Assembly (NCBI GenBank): GCA_951406725.2
Contig: OX597822.1
Location: 53,754,001-53,818,000, forward strand
From: Octopus vulgaris
Taxonomy: Eukaryota
DNA: 64,000 nucleotides
Reading direction: 5' to 3'
Shown here: piece after piece, positions 38,866 through 51,394 of the stretch
Position numbering within the stretch: the stretch's first letter is position 1
How the letters are laid out: each line of letters opens with the position of its first letter
Program-made: the position numbers and the translations under genes
Notes under the pieces: generated by a model
Databases searched by the model: none
Told to the model about the DNA's origin: nothing
The model's input: only the letters and a program-made list of their open reading frames with translations

Positions 38866-41772
38866 ATTTAGAAATCAAGAACTGTCAGAATATGACACTG
38901 TTCCTTCTAGTCATCTCTACGGCACACCTTGGAATGATACATAAAATTATCACATACGGTGCAAATATGAATGCTGAAAACAATAATGGTAACTTTTTCA
39001 ATTATATATGTTCTATTTTTGCCTCCACAAAAGATTCAATGAATTTAGAAATCAAGAACTGTCAGAATATGACACTGTTCCTTCTAGTCATCTCTACGGC
39101 ACACCTTGGAATGATACATAAAATTATCACATATGGTGCAAACATGAATGCTGAAAACAATAATGGTAACATTTTCAATTATATATGTTCTATTTTTGCC
39201 TCCACAAAGGATTCAATGAATTTAGAAATCAAGAACTGTCAGAATATGACACTGTTCCTTCTAGGCATCTCTACGGCACACCTTGGAATGATACATAAAA
39301 TTATCACATACATGCAAACATGAATGCTGAAAACAATAATGGTAACTTTTTCAATTATATATGTTCTATTTTTAGCTCCACAAAGGATTCAATGAATTTA
39401 GAAATCAAGAACTCAAAATATGACACTATTCCTTCTAGTCATCTCTACGTCACACCTTGGAATAATACATAAAATTATTACATACGGTGCAAACATGAAT
39501 GCTGAAAACAATAATGGTAACTTTTTCAATTATATATGTTCTATTTTTAGCTCCACAAAGGATTCAATGAATTTAGAAATCAAGAACTCTCAAAATATGA
39601 CACTATTCCTCCTAGTCATCTCTACGGCACACCTTGGAATAATACATAAAATCATTACATACGGTGCAAACATGAATGCTGAAAACAATAATGGTAACTT
39701 TTTCAATTATATATGTTCTATTTTTAGCTCCACAAAGGATTCAATGAATTTAGAAATCAAGAACTCTCAAAATATGGCACTATTCTATCTAGTCATCTCT
39801 ACGGATCACCTTGGAATAATACATAAAATTATTACATATGGTTCAAACATGAATGCTGAAAACAATAATGGTAACTTTTTCAATTATATATGTTCTATTT
39901 TTGCCTCCACAAAAGATTCAATGAATTTAGAAATTAAGAACTCTGAAGATATGACACTTCCTATTCTCGGCATCTGTGGAGGTCATCTTGGATTAATAAG
40001 CAAATTGATTTCACATGAAGCAGACAAAAATGCTGACAACAATAATGGTAACTTTTTCAATTATATATATGTATAAATATATATATACATATATATGCGT
40101 GTGTGTTCTATTTTAACCTCCACAAAGGATTCAATGAATTAAAAAAAATAGGAACTCTGAAAATATGACACTATTGCTTCAAGTCATCTCTACGGCTCAC
40201 CTTGGAATAGTACATAAACTGATTTCACATGGAGCAAACATGAATGCTGAAAAGAATATCGGTAACTTTTTCAATTATATATGTTCTATTTTTACCTCCA
40301 CAAAGGATTCAATGAATTTAGAAATCAAGAACTCTCAAAATATGACACTGTTCCTTCTAGTCATCTCTACGGCACACCTTGGAATAATACATAAAATTAT
40401 CTCGTATGGTGCAAACATAAATGCTGAAAACAATAATGGTAACTTTTTCAATTATATATACCTCCACAAAGGATTCAATGAATTTAGAAATCAAGAACTC
40501 TCAAAATATGACACTGTTCCTTCTAGTCATCTCTACGGCACACCTTGGAATAATACATAAAATTATCTCGTATGGTGCAAACATAAATGCTGAAAACAAT
40601 AATGGTAACTTTTTCAATTATATATACCTCCACAAAGGATTCAATGAATTTAGAAATCAAGAACTCTCAAAATATGACACTGTTCCTTCTAGTCATCTCT
40701 ACGGCACACCTTGGAATAATACATAAAATTATCTTGTATGGTGCAAACATAAATGCTGAAAACAATAATGGTAACTTTTTCAATTATATATATATATATA
40801 TATATATATATGAATGGGAACACAGTCGAAATTGTGACTATCTGGAAGTTTCAGTAGCACGATAGATAAATTGTTTACGAAATATACGGTGTTATTTTAA
40901 TTATGTATCTTATGATAATGTACATCAACTGGGTATAGATAACTGTGTGCTTGCATGTATGCATTTTCATGGATATACGTGAGTAGATTTGTATGTAAAC
41001 GTGTGTGTGTGTGTGGGTTGGTATCTCTTGTGTTGTGGTTTGTCTGTGTATGTGTGTGTGGGCACACATTTGCAAGTGTGCGTGTGCAGGTGTTTCTTAA
41101 CAAACCAACCGTAACGAAGACAATTGAAATTGAAATTTAAATGTACAGGCCAATCATATTTAGTGTTTGATTCTTAACTATTTCTGAACGTAATACTGTA
41201 TATGTGACACAGTCAAAATTATAGACTGCCCTCGCATGCACATTTATACACTTGTGGAACTTAATATCATGTAAACCAAATACTTTTATTTTTCATTTTA
41301 TATGTATATGCAGATCTTTAATGCTTTGCCTGGTACTGTAGTATTATTGTTGTTCTTGTTTTTGCTATTATGTTGCTAACCATGTGATGCATATATTGTT
41401 TTGCTAGTATTAGTGTTATTAATAATAATAATAATAATGATATTAGTAGCAATAATGGTAATGATAATAGTAATGATGTTAATATTAATGACATTTTGTA
41501 AATTAATATAATGTACTCTTGACTTTGTATATCTGCATTTGAATATTAATATGTGTATGTTTTCTACATTGTAATATCATAATATTAAGTTGAAAAACTG
41601 TAACATTGAATATGGAACATATGTATGTATATTGATATATATATGTATATATATATGTATATGAGTATATGCACTCATATGTATGTGCATATGATATATT
41701 ATGGGTATGTACCCACCCTTGTATGGGTGTACCTCCTCTGATATTCATATTTAATTTAGTTTGTATTTCATA

Positions 41773-41899
41773 ATCTCCGAAGAGGCCTTGGGATATTTTT
41801 CTAAGTGTCTCATTTATAACTACATATTGACCTATCACACATGGCTAATATGAGCAAAATGAGACACCCATATCTGCATGGCCGAAACAGCTGTAAGAT
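41773..41899 (+). ncRNA. Type I hammerhead ribozyme (U4C core variant, long stem II)
   Basis: atct CCGAAGA ggcc...ggcc GAAA cagctGTA agat; perfect palindrome ACAGCTGT in stem III; internal 11-bp stem gtgtctcattt (41805-41815) / aaatgagacac (41857-41867). Confidence 0.7.
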
Positions 41900-42572
41900 G
41901 TAGTTTATATTTATATTGTATTTATTTATATTCACTTATACATACTGTATTTATTGTATCATATTACTCCATGTACACTGTTTTGTTCTATATTATTATG
42001 TTTGACCTTAATGTTCATATGTAGTAGTTTAATAAATCATGTGATTGGGTATTATCTGGTAGTTGATCAAATGATAAAGATAGCCACTGTAGTTTTAACA
42101 ATTAGTTTCACGTCCACACCACTGCCATAGAGAAATTCTTTCCTATGCCTCCGAACATTCTTTCAATCAACGTTCAATTCCTCTTCCCTACCTATTACTC
42201 ATATATTCCATTGCTACTACATATCTTTGACGTATGTTTTTCTCTCTCTCACACACAATCAAACAGACACAAATTTTCCCCTTACTACTACGTATATTTG
42301 ACGTATGTCTCTCTCTCACACACACAATCACACACACAAATGCAGTTATATACACACACACAAACACTCACACTCATTAACACAAGTACACACCTGCACA
42401 TCTCCATACATACAGCAAACATACTGTCCCCTACCTATTTTTACTTCCTCCTTCTACCCATTTTTGACGTCAATGCTTATAACGGATTTTTTAAAAAAAG
42501 CACTCATTATCGCTGTGGTCACCATGTAGGCAATCATCGAAGTTTTTGTTCGTCTTGTGGTTGAGAGAGGCT

Positions 42573-42664
42573 CCTTATCTTTCCTGATGAGAAGATTGCA
42601 TAATGCACCCTTTATTCCTTCGGAATAAGAATGTGCTGTCTTCGAAACGTGTCGAGAGTAAAGG
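42573..42664 (+). ncRNA. Type I hammerhead ribozyme with intact core
   Basis: cctt-at-ctttc CTGATGA gaaga...tcttc GAAA cgt GTC gagag-ta-aagg; perfect 5-bp stem II, predicted cleavage after C42653; the downstream 42690-42860 resembles the leader of the Penelope at 46890-47060. Confidence 0.82.
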
Positions 42665-42862
42665 AATTTTGTTAATATCTTCGTTCAACTCCATTCTTTC
42701 ATTTATTCATATACAACACACAAATTTCTACACAAGAACCCGGAGTTTCTACCCTTGACAGGTCGATTCAACCGTATTTTCTGACGTGAATTTGCTACCC
42801 AGGTTTCGGTTAAACAAATTTTCCATGCTGACAATAAACATAGGATAACTCATTCACCTACT

Positions 42863-42896
<34 letters not shown>

Positions 42897-43248
42897 TGTG
42901 TGTTCTATTTTTACCTCCACAAAGGATTCAATGAATTCAGAAAAATAAGAACTCTGAAAATATGACACTATTCCTTCTAGTCATCTCTAGGGCTCACCTT
43001 GGAATAAAAATGGTAACTGATTTCACATGGAGCAAACATGAATGCTGAAAACAATAATGGTAACTTTTTCAATTATATATGTTCTATTTTTACCTCCACA
43101 AAGGATTCAATGAATTTAGAAATCAAGAACTCTGAAAATATGACACTATTGCTTCTAGTCATCTCCAGGAGTCACTTTGGAATAATACATAAACTGATTT
43201 CACATGGAGCAAACATGAATGCTGACAACAATATTGGTAACTCTTTCA

Positions 43249-43279
<31 letters not shown>

Positions 43280-43447
43280 TCTATTTTTACCTCCACAAAG
43301 GATTCAATGAATTTAGAAATTAAGAACTCTGAAAGTATGACACTTCCGCTTCTCGTCATCTGTGGAGGTCATCTTGGATTAATAAGCAAATTGATTTTAC
43401 ATGAAGCAGACATAAATGCTGACAACAATAATGGCAACTTTTTCAAT

Positions 43448-43480
<33 letters not shown>

Positions 43481-43658
43481 GCGTGTGTGTTCTATTTTTA
43501 CCTCCACAAAGGATTCAATGAATTCAGAAAAATAGGAACTCTGAAAATATGACACTATTACTTCTAGTAATCTCTGGGGTCACCTTGGATTAATAAGGAA
43601 ATTGATTGCACATGGAGCAAATATAAATACTGACAACAATAATGGTAACTTTTTCAAT

Positions 43659-43691
<33 letters not shown>

Positions 43692-43693
<2 letters not shown>

Positions 43694-44458
43694 CTATGCG
43701 CTAAAAAGCTATTCAAAATATCCACATGACGTCTACTGACCAGCCTGAACAATAAGAATTTTCAACAACGCTATTTTCGAAAACTCCATACACCACCTAC
43801 ACCAACATTCATTCCAAACATTCACGTGACCTCTCTATTATGACCACATTCACGTGACCTCTTTATTATGACCAATAAGAAATTTTAGGCGCGATACCAG
43901 CCAAATTTTAACATCTCTGGAGCCTATTTTCTTACCCCAACACCAACTTCCATTCAAACATTCACGTGACCCCTTTATAATGACCAATCAAAATTGTATT
44001 GACCATTGTCCACAAGAAATTTTAGGCGCGAAACCAAGCAAATCTTAAACAACTCTGGAGCCTTTTTTTTCACATATAAGAGACAGCAAACCCAACATAA
44101 AGTCAGATAAGAGAAAAAAATCAATCAGAAAGGAACTCTATCTCACTCAAAATATCTTTTGATAAGCATAAATGCGCAACTGGTAAACTCTTACTTTTTT
44201 TATTCTACACTGAAATCTGACATTGAACTTTTCCACAAAAAACTGTATATTACACGCTTTTACTAAATATCTTATTCTGAAACAGAACACTGTAAAAGAC
44301 TCTTACTTTTTTCTTATACACTGAAATCATTCACAAAAAAATGAACATTGTATTCTAACCCAATTTTTCTCTTTTTTTGTTTAAAAAAAGAACTTTCACC
44401 TAATTAAATACACTCTCCCTTACTTAAATTATTTTGTCAGCATTTTCTTCATTTCCTT
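43692..44458. mobile_element. Unclassified insertion with internal repeats (cattcacgtgacc; aagaaattttaggcgcga)
   Basis: Interrupts the TA tract of array A; repeated sub-motifs; no coding similarity recognised. Confidence 0.4.
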
Positions 44459-44653
44459 TATATATATATATATATATATATGTATGTTCTATTTTTACCT
44501 CCACAAAGATTCAATGAATCCAGAAATTAAGAACTCTGAAATTATGACACTTCCGCTTCTCGTCATCTCTGGAGGTCATCTTGGATTAATAAGGAAAATA
44601 ATTTCACATGAAGCAGACAAAAATGCTGACAACAATAATGGTAACTTTTTCAG

Positions 44654-44685
<32 letters not shown>

Positions 44686-44699
44686 TCTATTTTTACCTG

Positions 44700-46700
44700 C
44701 CAAGGCCGAATCCAAGCATCTGTGTTTTATAAAAACACACCAGAAACAGCTGCGCAGTGACAGCTACATCCATCTACGAGATGGGATCCAGAAATGATGC
44801 TGATCCCTGAAACCTGGGAAAGACCTGCATCCTACCCTCCAGCTACATGGGTGGACCCAGGTACATGCACAAACAAACACAGGACACAATGACATACGTC
44901 CAAAATTATGGTCGTCTGGACCTGTTTATTACGTTCACATGCAACCCAAAGTGGGTGGAAATAACCTGCGAACTTTACCCCGGGTAACAACCTGCCCACT
45001 GACATGACCTACTTGCTCGCGTGTTCCAGCTAAAGTTGGCCAAGTTGATGTCAATAATCAAAAAGGGGAAGATTTTGGGGCCAGTCAAGTGCAACATGTA
45101 CACCGTGGAACGGCAGAATAGAGGAAATCCACATGCTCACATTCTGATTTGGCTAGCGATGAAAATCAACTCTAATGACATTGATACAATCATCTCGGCT
45201 GAGATTCCTAACCCTGCCATCGACCATGAGTTATATGACATTGTCAGCATGAACATGATTCATGGTCCTTGTGGACTGGGTGCTGATGGCCATCATGCAT
45301 GCCTACAGGAGGGGTTGTGTAGTAAGGGATTCCCTAAGAAATTTGTTGATGAGACAGACCAATGGAGACGGGTACCCCCTGTACAGACAGAGATGGCCTG
45401 AGAACAGTGGCTTCACCACAACAGTAAAGGGAAGTCGACAATCAGTGGGTTGTCCCTTACTGCCTGCTTCTCTTGAAGATTCTTAACGCCCATATAAATG
45501 TTGAATTTTGCAGTTCCGTTAAAGCTATAAAGTACATTTGTAAATACATTAACAAAGGCTCCGATGCCACCATATTTGGCCTTCAAAGTGCCAGTGGAAG
45601 GGATGAAGTTTCTGAGTACCTGTCGGGGCAGTACATCAGGAGCAATGAGGCTTTTTGGCGTATCTTCAGTTTCCCCTTCCACCAAAGGCATCCAGCAATT
45701 GTGCATCTGACTGTTCATTTAGAGAACAGTCAGCGTGTATACTTTACTGAGCACAATGCTGCCCAATTGGCTGCCCGGCCAAAGGAGACAACCCTTACTG
45801 TTTTTTTTAAGCTGTGTCAAACTGATACATTTGCAAAGCGTCTTATTTATCCGCAACTGCCGTCCTACTTTGTGTGGGATAAAAACGTTTGGACACGAAG
45901 ACAGTCAAGGGTAGACGTAGATGGGCATCTGGCATTAAGTTTTTGGATTGCCTCGGGAGGGTATACATGGTGCACCCAAGCCAGCAGGAGTGTTTTTACT
46001 TGCGACTCTTTTTTTCATGAAGTTGTCGGTCCAGAAGCTTTCAGGACATCAGAACTGTTGATAATGTGTGCTATGACATGTTTTGGGCAGCCTACTTTAA
46101 ACATGGATGACTCGCAATGGGATTCTTCTTTGGCTGAAGGGGCTTTGCTAAACTCACCTAAAAGCCTGCGGCAAGTCTTTGCTATTTTGCTCCAAAAATG
46201 TGGGTTGTCCGATCTAGCTTCTTTGTGGGTGAAGCACAGGGACCCTATGTCTGAGGACTTCCCTCAGATGGCAAAGAAACAGTGCCCTAATGCTGACATT
46301 GAATACGCTGACTGAAATTGAGGATGCTCTGCTCAAAATGGGTGGAGCAGCGTTGAACACATTCAGTTTGCCATCCTCAATGCAACAGGACATTAAACTT
46401 GCACTCTTAAAAGCATTAGACTGCCAAGCAGTATGTCAACATTAATAACTCGGAAATAGATATTATCATACATGCGAAGAAATCACTTGAGGATTCTACC
46501 AGGGTCAAAAGGAGTGAGGATTCTCTTTTCAAAGAGAGTAAATGAACCAAAATTGCTCCCTGATCAGAGGCCAGCAAATAAAACTGTCGTCAGCGCCATG
46601 GAAAAACAGGCGGGTGACATTTTTTTCTTCGATGCTCCTGGAGGTACCAGCAAATCCTTTAAATTATTGATCAGTTTGCTTCATTAAAGGTATGGCAGAT
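44700..46700 (+). mobile_element. Degenerate Helitron RepHel (Rep and start of PIF1 helicase)
   Basis: ILPSSYMGGPRYM, GRLDLFITFTCNPKW, ERQNRGNPHAHIL (HUH), MIHGPCG, AHINVEFC..VKAIKYICKYINKG, FFDAPGGTSKSF (Walker A-like). Confidence 0.9.
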
Positions 46701-46783
46701 AAGATTGTAATTTTTTGTCAGTTTTTAATTAAATCTTTTAATTCAATTTTTTAAAACCAGTTATTTTTCTAATAAATAAATAA

Positions 46784-46811
<28 letters not shown>

Positions 46812-46815
<4 letters not shown>

Positions 46816-48540
46816 GTAAATAAATGGAGTTGAACACAGATGTCTTCGAAATATGTCGAAAGTAAAAGAATTTGATTAACATCTGCGTTCAACTCCATTT
46901 ATTTACTTATACTATACAAATTACTGCACATTAACCCGGAGTTTCTACCTTTGAATAGGTCGCTACATCCTTGTTACTTGTGTGAATTTTGCTACCGTGG
47001 TAACTGTTTATTGAATTTTCTGTGTTAACTGTAAACAAAGGATAATTCATTCATCCATCTACATATACTTCAACAGACTATCTTATAACCTGTTAATATA
47101 ACCGTTACCGCAAATGGAGTTATTTAATATCAACGCTTCGCTTAAGGATATTCCCATTCCCCCCAAAGAATGCTTCCCTTAAGAAACTCATCAATAAGAC
47201 GAATTCATTTATCAACCGCATCAGATGGCTCACCTTCGACAATAAGGACTTAAAATAAACCAATAATGACATTTCTTCTGAGTATAAAAAATTATTTAAA
47301 TCGAAGGGCAGCCCTCCACCCAACTCTAGATTGAAGCAATTCGAGAACAATATGTGGTCCATGGTGAAGAATATAAAATTTCACCATTCACCCCTCAGGA
47401 ACAAACATCTTAGATATCTTCACAACATCTCTAAGGAAATTAACAACATGGATTACATCCTTGCTCAATCTGATAAAACAGGAAACCTCTATAATCTCAC
47501 CAAGAGCTACTAATTGGAACTGCTTAAAAAAGAAATTTTAAAAAAACTATAAGATCACCGGTATGAATACACTCAGACAGGCTAACCTAGAAGCTAAAGG
47601 AATTATGGAATCGTATGGATTAAAGACAGAACCATTGAATCCTAGGCAACCTCGGTTTATTTTAAAAGACCACAAACAAAACTTTTGTATTAACCCATCC
47701 TTACGGCTCATCTGTCCTTCCAGCTCAGACACCGGTGTACTTAGTAAATACATCTTAGATAAGTATATCCTTACATTAATCAATAAATTAAAACTTAGCT
47801 TATGGTCTAATTCTTTTCAAGTTGTTGATTAGTTTACTTCTATTGCTAATAAGGTTAACATTAAATTTATTCAGGTTGATATATCAAGCTTTTATTCATC
47901 AATTAACCCTATTATACTCAATAAGGCACTCTTGCATGCACACAATAAAGCAGGTCTCTCTAGAGAGGAAATTAATGTGGTACTGGCTGCCAGAAAATCA
48001 ATCATTAAGTTTGATAAGTTGTGGGTCCGGAAGGATACTCCCAACGGGATCGATGTCCCAATGGGAAGTTCGGATTCAGCTCAAATTGCAGATTTAGTCG
48101 GCATATATATACTTTATGAAATGGCTTAACAGTTCCCAGACATCTGTGGAGGTCTATATCATGCTGATTGTTTGCTCTACCTCCAAAACATTTCCAATCA
48201 AAATATACAGAAGGTTAAGAATAGGTTGGTTAGGTTTTTTCGTAGAATGGGCTTTCACATCGTTTTTGATAAGATAAAGCTAACTTCTTAGATATTACAT
48301 TTAATTTGCACAAAACTCATACTTCCCATGCCACAAACCATCCACCAATCTCAAGTATGTTAGTCCATCCAGTAATCATGCTAGGGTAATTACTAAGAAT
48401 TTAGTTTAAAATATTTCAGTTAGATTGTCTAAACTATCTGCTAATGCTGACATTTTTAATGACAAGGTAAAATTTTAAAACTCTGCCTTAGTTAAAGAAG
48501 GGTGTAAAGAAAAAGTTACCTAGATTGATTCTGCTCAATC
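46812..48540 (+). mobile_element. Penelope-like element, 5' part with inverted terminus, RT truncated
   Basis: ILAQSDKTGNLY, FILKDHKQNF..NPSLRLICP, IDVPMGSSDSAQIADLVG; many stops; 32-bp inverted repeat at the 5' end. Confidence 0.82.
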
Positions 48541-48568
48541 TCATATATATATATATATATAGAGGGAG

Positions 48569-48760
48569 AGGCACAGGAGTGGCTGTGTGGTAAGTAACTT
48601 GCTTACCAACCACATGGCTCCGGGTTCAGTTTCACTGTGTGGCGCAGTGTGCAAGTGTCTTCTACTATAGCCTCGGGCCAACCAAAGCCTTGAGTGGATT
48701 TGGTAGACGGAAACTAGAAGAAGCTCGTCATATTTATATATGTGTGTGTGTATACACAAG
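48569..48760 (+). mobile_element. SINE family 2, 5' part
   Basis: ggcacaggagtggctgtgtggtaag head. Confidence 0.75.
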
Positions 48761-50309
48761 TGTCTAAATACAATATAAATCTCCATTAACTCCTCCCTAC
48801 CCCAATCATTCCAACTGTTAAATTAATTTAATTCCTTCTCTTCATTTTTTGTGAGTTTTTCTTTTAATTTTTCACCACCCCACTCATCTTTCAGACACCA
48901 TTTTTAATGTATTTATTCTTTTCTTTTTCAGGTGAATGCAAAATAACTATGGTCAAACACCTCTACACATGGCCTGTTTCAGGGGACACACAGATACAGT
49001 TGGCCTGTCGTTAAATCATTTTGGCATTGATGTCAATGTCGTGAACAAATACGGTAATACTCCTCTACACTTGGCAGTTCAGGATTAAGTCCCCACTGGA
49101 TCTGAAATATCCAAACCTGTTCCTTTTATGTTTTCAATTAGGTAATATTAGATAACTATAAAGGTTACCTATAAACATAACCTATAAAGGTTTAATTTTT
49201 CACCACCCCACTCATCTTTCAGACACCATTTTTAATGTATTTATTCTTTTCTTTTTCAGGTGAATGCAAAATAACTATGGTCAAACACCTCTACACATTG
49301 CCTGTTTCAGAGGACACACAGATACAGTTGGCCTGTCGTTAAATCATTTTGGCATTGATGTCAATGTCGTGAACAAATACGGTAATACTCCTCTACACTT
49401 GGCAGTTCAGGATTAAGTCCCCATTTCATCTGAAATATCCAAACCTGTTCCTTTTATGTTTTCAATTAGGTAATATTATATGACTATAAAGGTTACCTAT
49501 AAACATAACCTATAAAGGTTTAATTTTTCACCACTCCGCTCATCTTTCAGACACCATTTTTAATGTTTTTATTCTTTTCTTTTTCAGGTGAATGCAAAAT
49601 AACTATGGTCAAACACCTCTACACATGGCCTGTTTCAGGGGACACACAGATACAGTTGGCCTGTCGTTAAATCATTTTGGCATTGATGTCAATGTTGTGA
49701 ACAAATACGGTAATACTCCTCTACACTTGGCAGTTCAGGATTAAGTCCCCATTGGATCTGAAATATCCAAACCTGTTCCTTTTATGTTTTCAATTAGGTA
49801 ATATTAGATAACTATAAAGGTTACCTATAAACATAACCTATAAAGGTTTAATTTTTCACCACCCCACTCAACTTTCAGACACCATTTTTAATGTATTTAT
49901 TCTTTTCTTTTTCAGGTGAATGCAAAATAACTATGGTCAAACACCTCTACACATTGCCTGTTTCAGAGGACACACAGATACAGTTGGCCTGTCGTTAAAT
50001 CATTTTGGCATTGATGTCAATGTCGTGAACAAATACGGTAATACTCCTCTACACTTGGCAGTTCAGGATTAAGTCCCCATTGGATCTGAAATATCCAAAC
50101 CTGTTCCTTTTATGTTTTCAATTAGGTAATATTATATGACTATAAAGGTTACCTATAAACATAACCTATAAAGGTTTAATTTTTCACCACCCCGCTCATC
50201 TTTCAGACACCATTTTTAATGTTTTTATTCTTTTCTTTTTCAGGTGAATGCACAAGATAACTATGGTAGCATACCTCTACACATTGCCTGTTTTAGAGGA
50301 AATACAGAC

Positions 50310-50568
50310 AAATAAACAAATCATGTAATTTAATTCGCGTAGCTTTGAGATAATGCGAGATGAAACCTTTCCCACCTTTATTCAAGTATAAATACTGTGA
50401 AGTTGTTTACACCACATGGTTATTTCATAGTTTGAAGAGAAGTGGTTACCTTTGTTGTGAAAGAAATGGCGTCAGCAAGTAGTGATTCCGACTTATATTC
50501 AAAAATATCTCAGTATCTGCATTTAACTGATTCTACCAATGCCCCCAACAAAAACGACCCAAACTACG
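50310..50568 (+). mobile_element. piggyBac-like transposase fragment
   Basis: SKISQYLHLTDSTNAPNKNDPNY resembles the piggyBac 'I..yLH.xD......dp.yD' segment; interrupts an array B exon. Confidence 0.5.
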
Positions 50569-50887
50569 AATGCAAAATAACTATGGTTAAACACCTCTAC
50601 ACATTGCCTGTTTCAGTGGAAACAAAGACACAGTTGAGATGTTAAATGATATTGGTATTGATGCACATGTGGTGGACAACGATGGTAATACACCTCTACA
50701 CTTGGCAGTTCAAAAGTAAATCCCCATTGGATCTGGAATATCCAAACCTGTTTCTTTTAGGTTTTCAATTGGATAATAGATAACTATAAAGGTTACCAAT
50801 AAAGATAACATATAAAGGTTTAATTTTTCACCACCCAGCTCATCTTTCAGGCACCATTTTTAATGTTTTTATTCTTTGCTTTTTCAG

Positions 50888-51042
50888 GTGAATGCCCAAA
50901 ATAAATATGGTAGCACACCTCTACACAATGCCCGTTTCAGTGGAAACACAGACATAGTTGGCCTGTTGTTGAATCACATTTGCATTGATGCCAATGTGGT
51001 GGACAACAATGGTGATACACCTCTACACTTGGCAGTTCAAAA
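50888..51042 (+). CDS. Best-preserved ankyrin exon of array B (internal exon, phase 0 to 2)
   Basis: ttttcag| VNAQNKYGSTPLHNARFSGNTDIVGLLLNHICIDANVVDNNGDTPLHLAVQK |gtaagt: two TPLH motifs, canonical acceptor and donor, no stop. Confidence 0.5.
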
Positions 51043-51394
51043 GTAAGTCCCCATATGCAAACCAGCCCAGGAATATTGTCTCACGTATCTAGCCCCAAAA
51101 AAGCCGAAAAATTCAAACCAGTAAGGGTGGCTATAAACAATAAGAACAATGGACTGACTTGCCAAATAAACAAGATTTGCACTGCAGAAAAGTTTAAACA
51201 TCACCACGTAATCCCAGAAAATATAACAATATTCATAATAGACGAAATGAACTATCGAATCCTAAAGGACTTATACCCAAAAGACATAGGTCCCCACAGA
51301 TTGGACTTTAACATCTCCATGTACAGGGACCCATGTCAAACCCCACAAACCCTGGGGAAGGAAAATGAAAAAAACTACAGATTAAGGTAAGTGG

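Larger units (their letters stand above)
34032..44700 (+). repeat. Array A: ~34 tandem copies of an ankyrin-repeat exon with splice sites (177-bp core unit)
   Basis: Unit: ttctatttttacctccacaaAG|gattcaatg...aacaataatg|GTaact. Example exon 37618-37750 (133 nt), intron 37751-37794 (44 nt). Peptide [45 protein letters not shown] fits the ankyrin consensus except for TP>TL. Confidence 0.88.
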
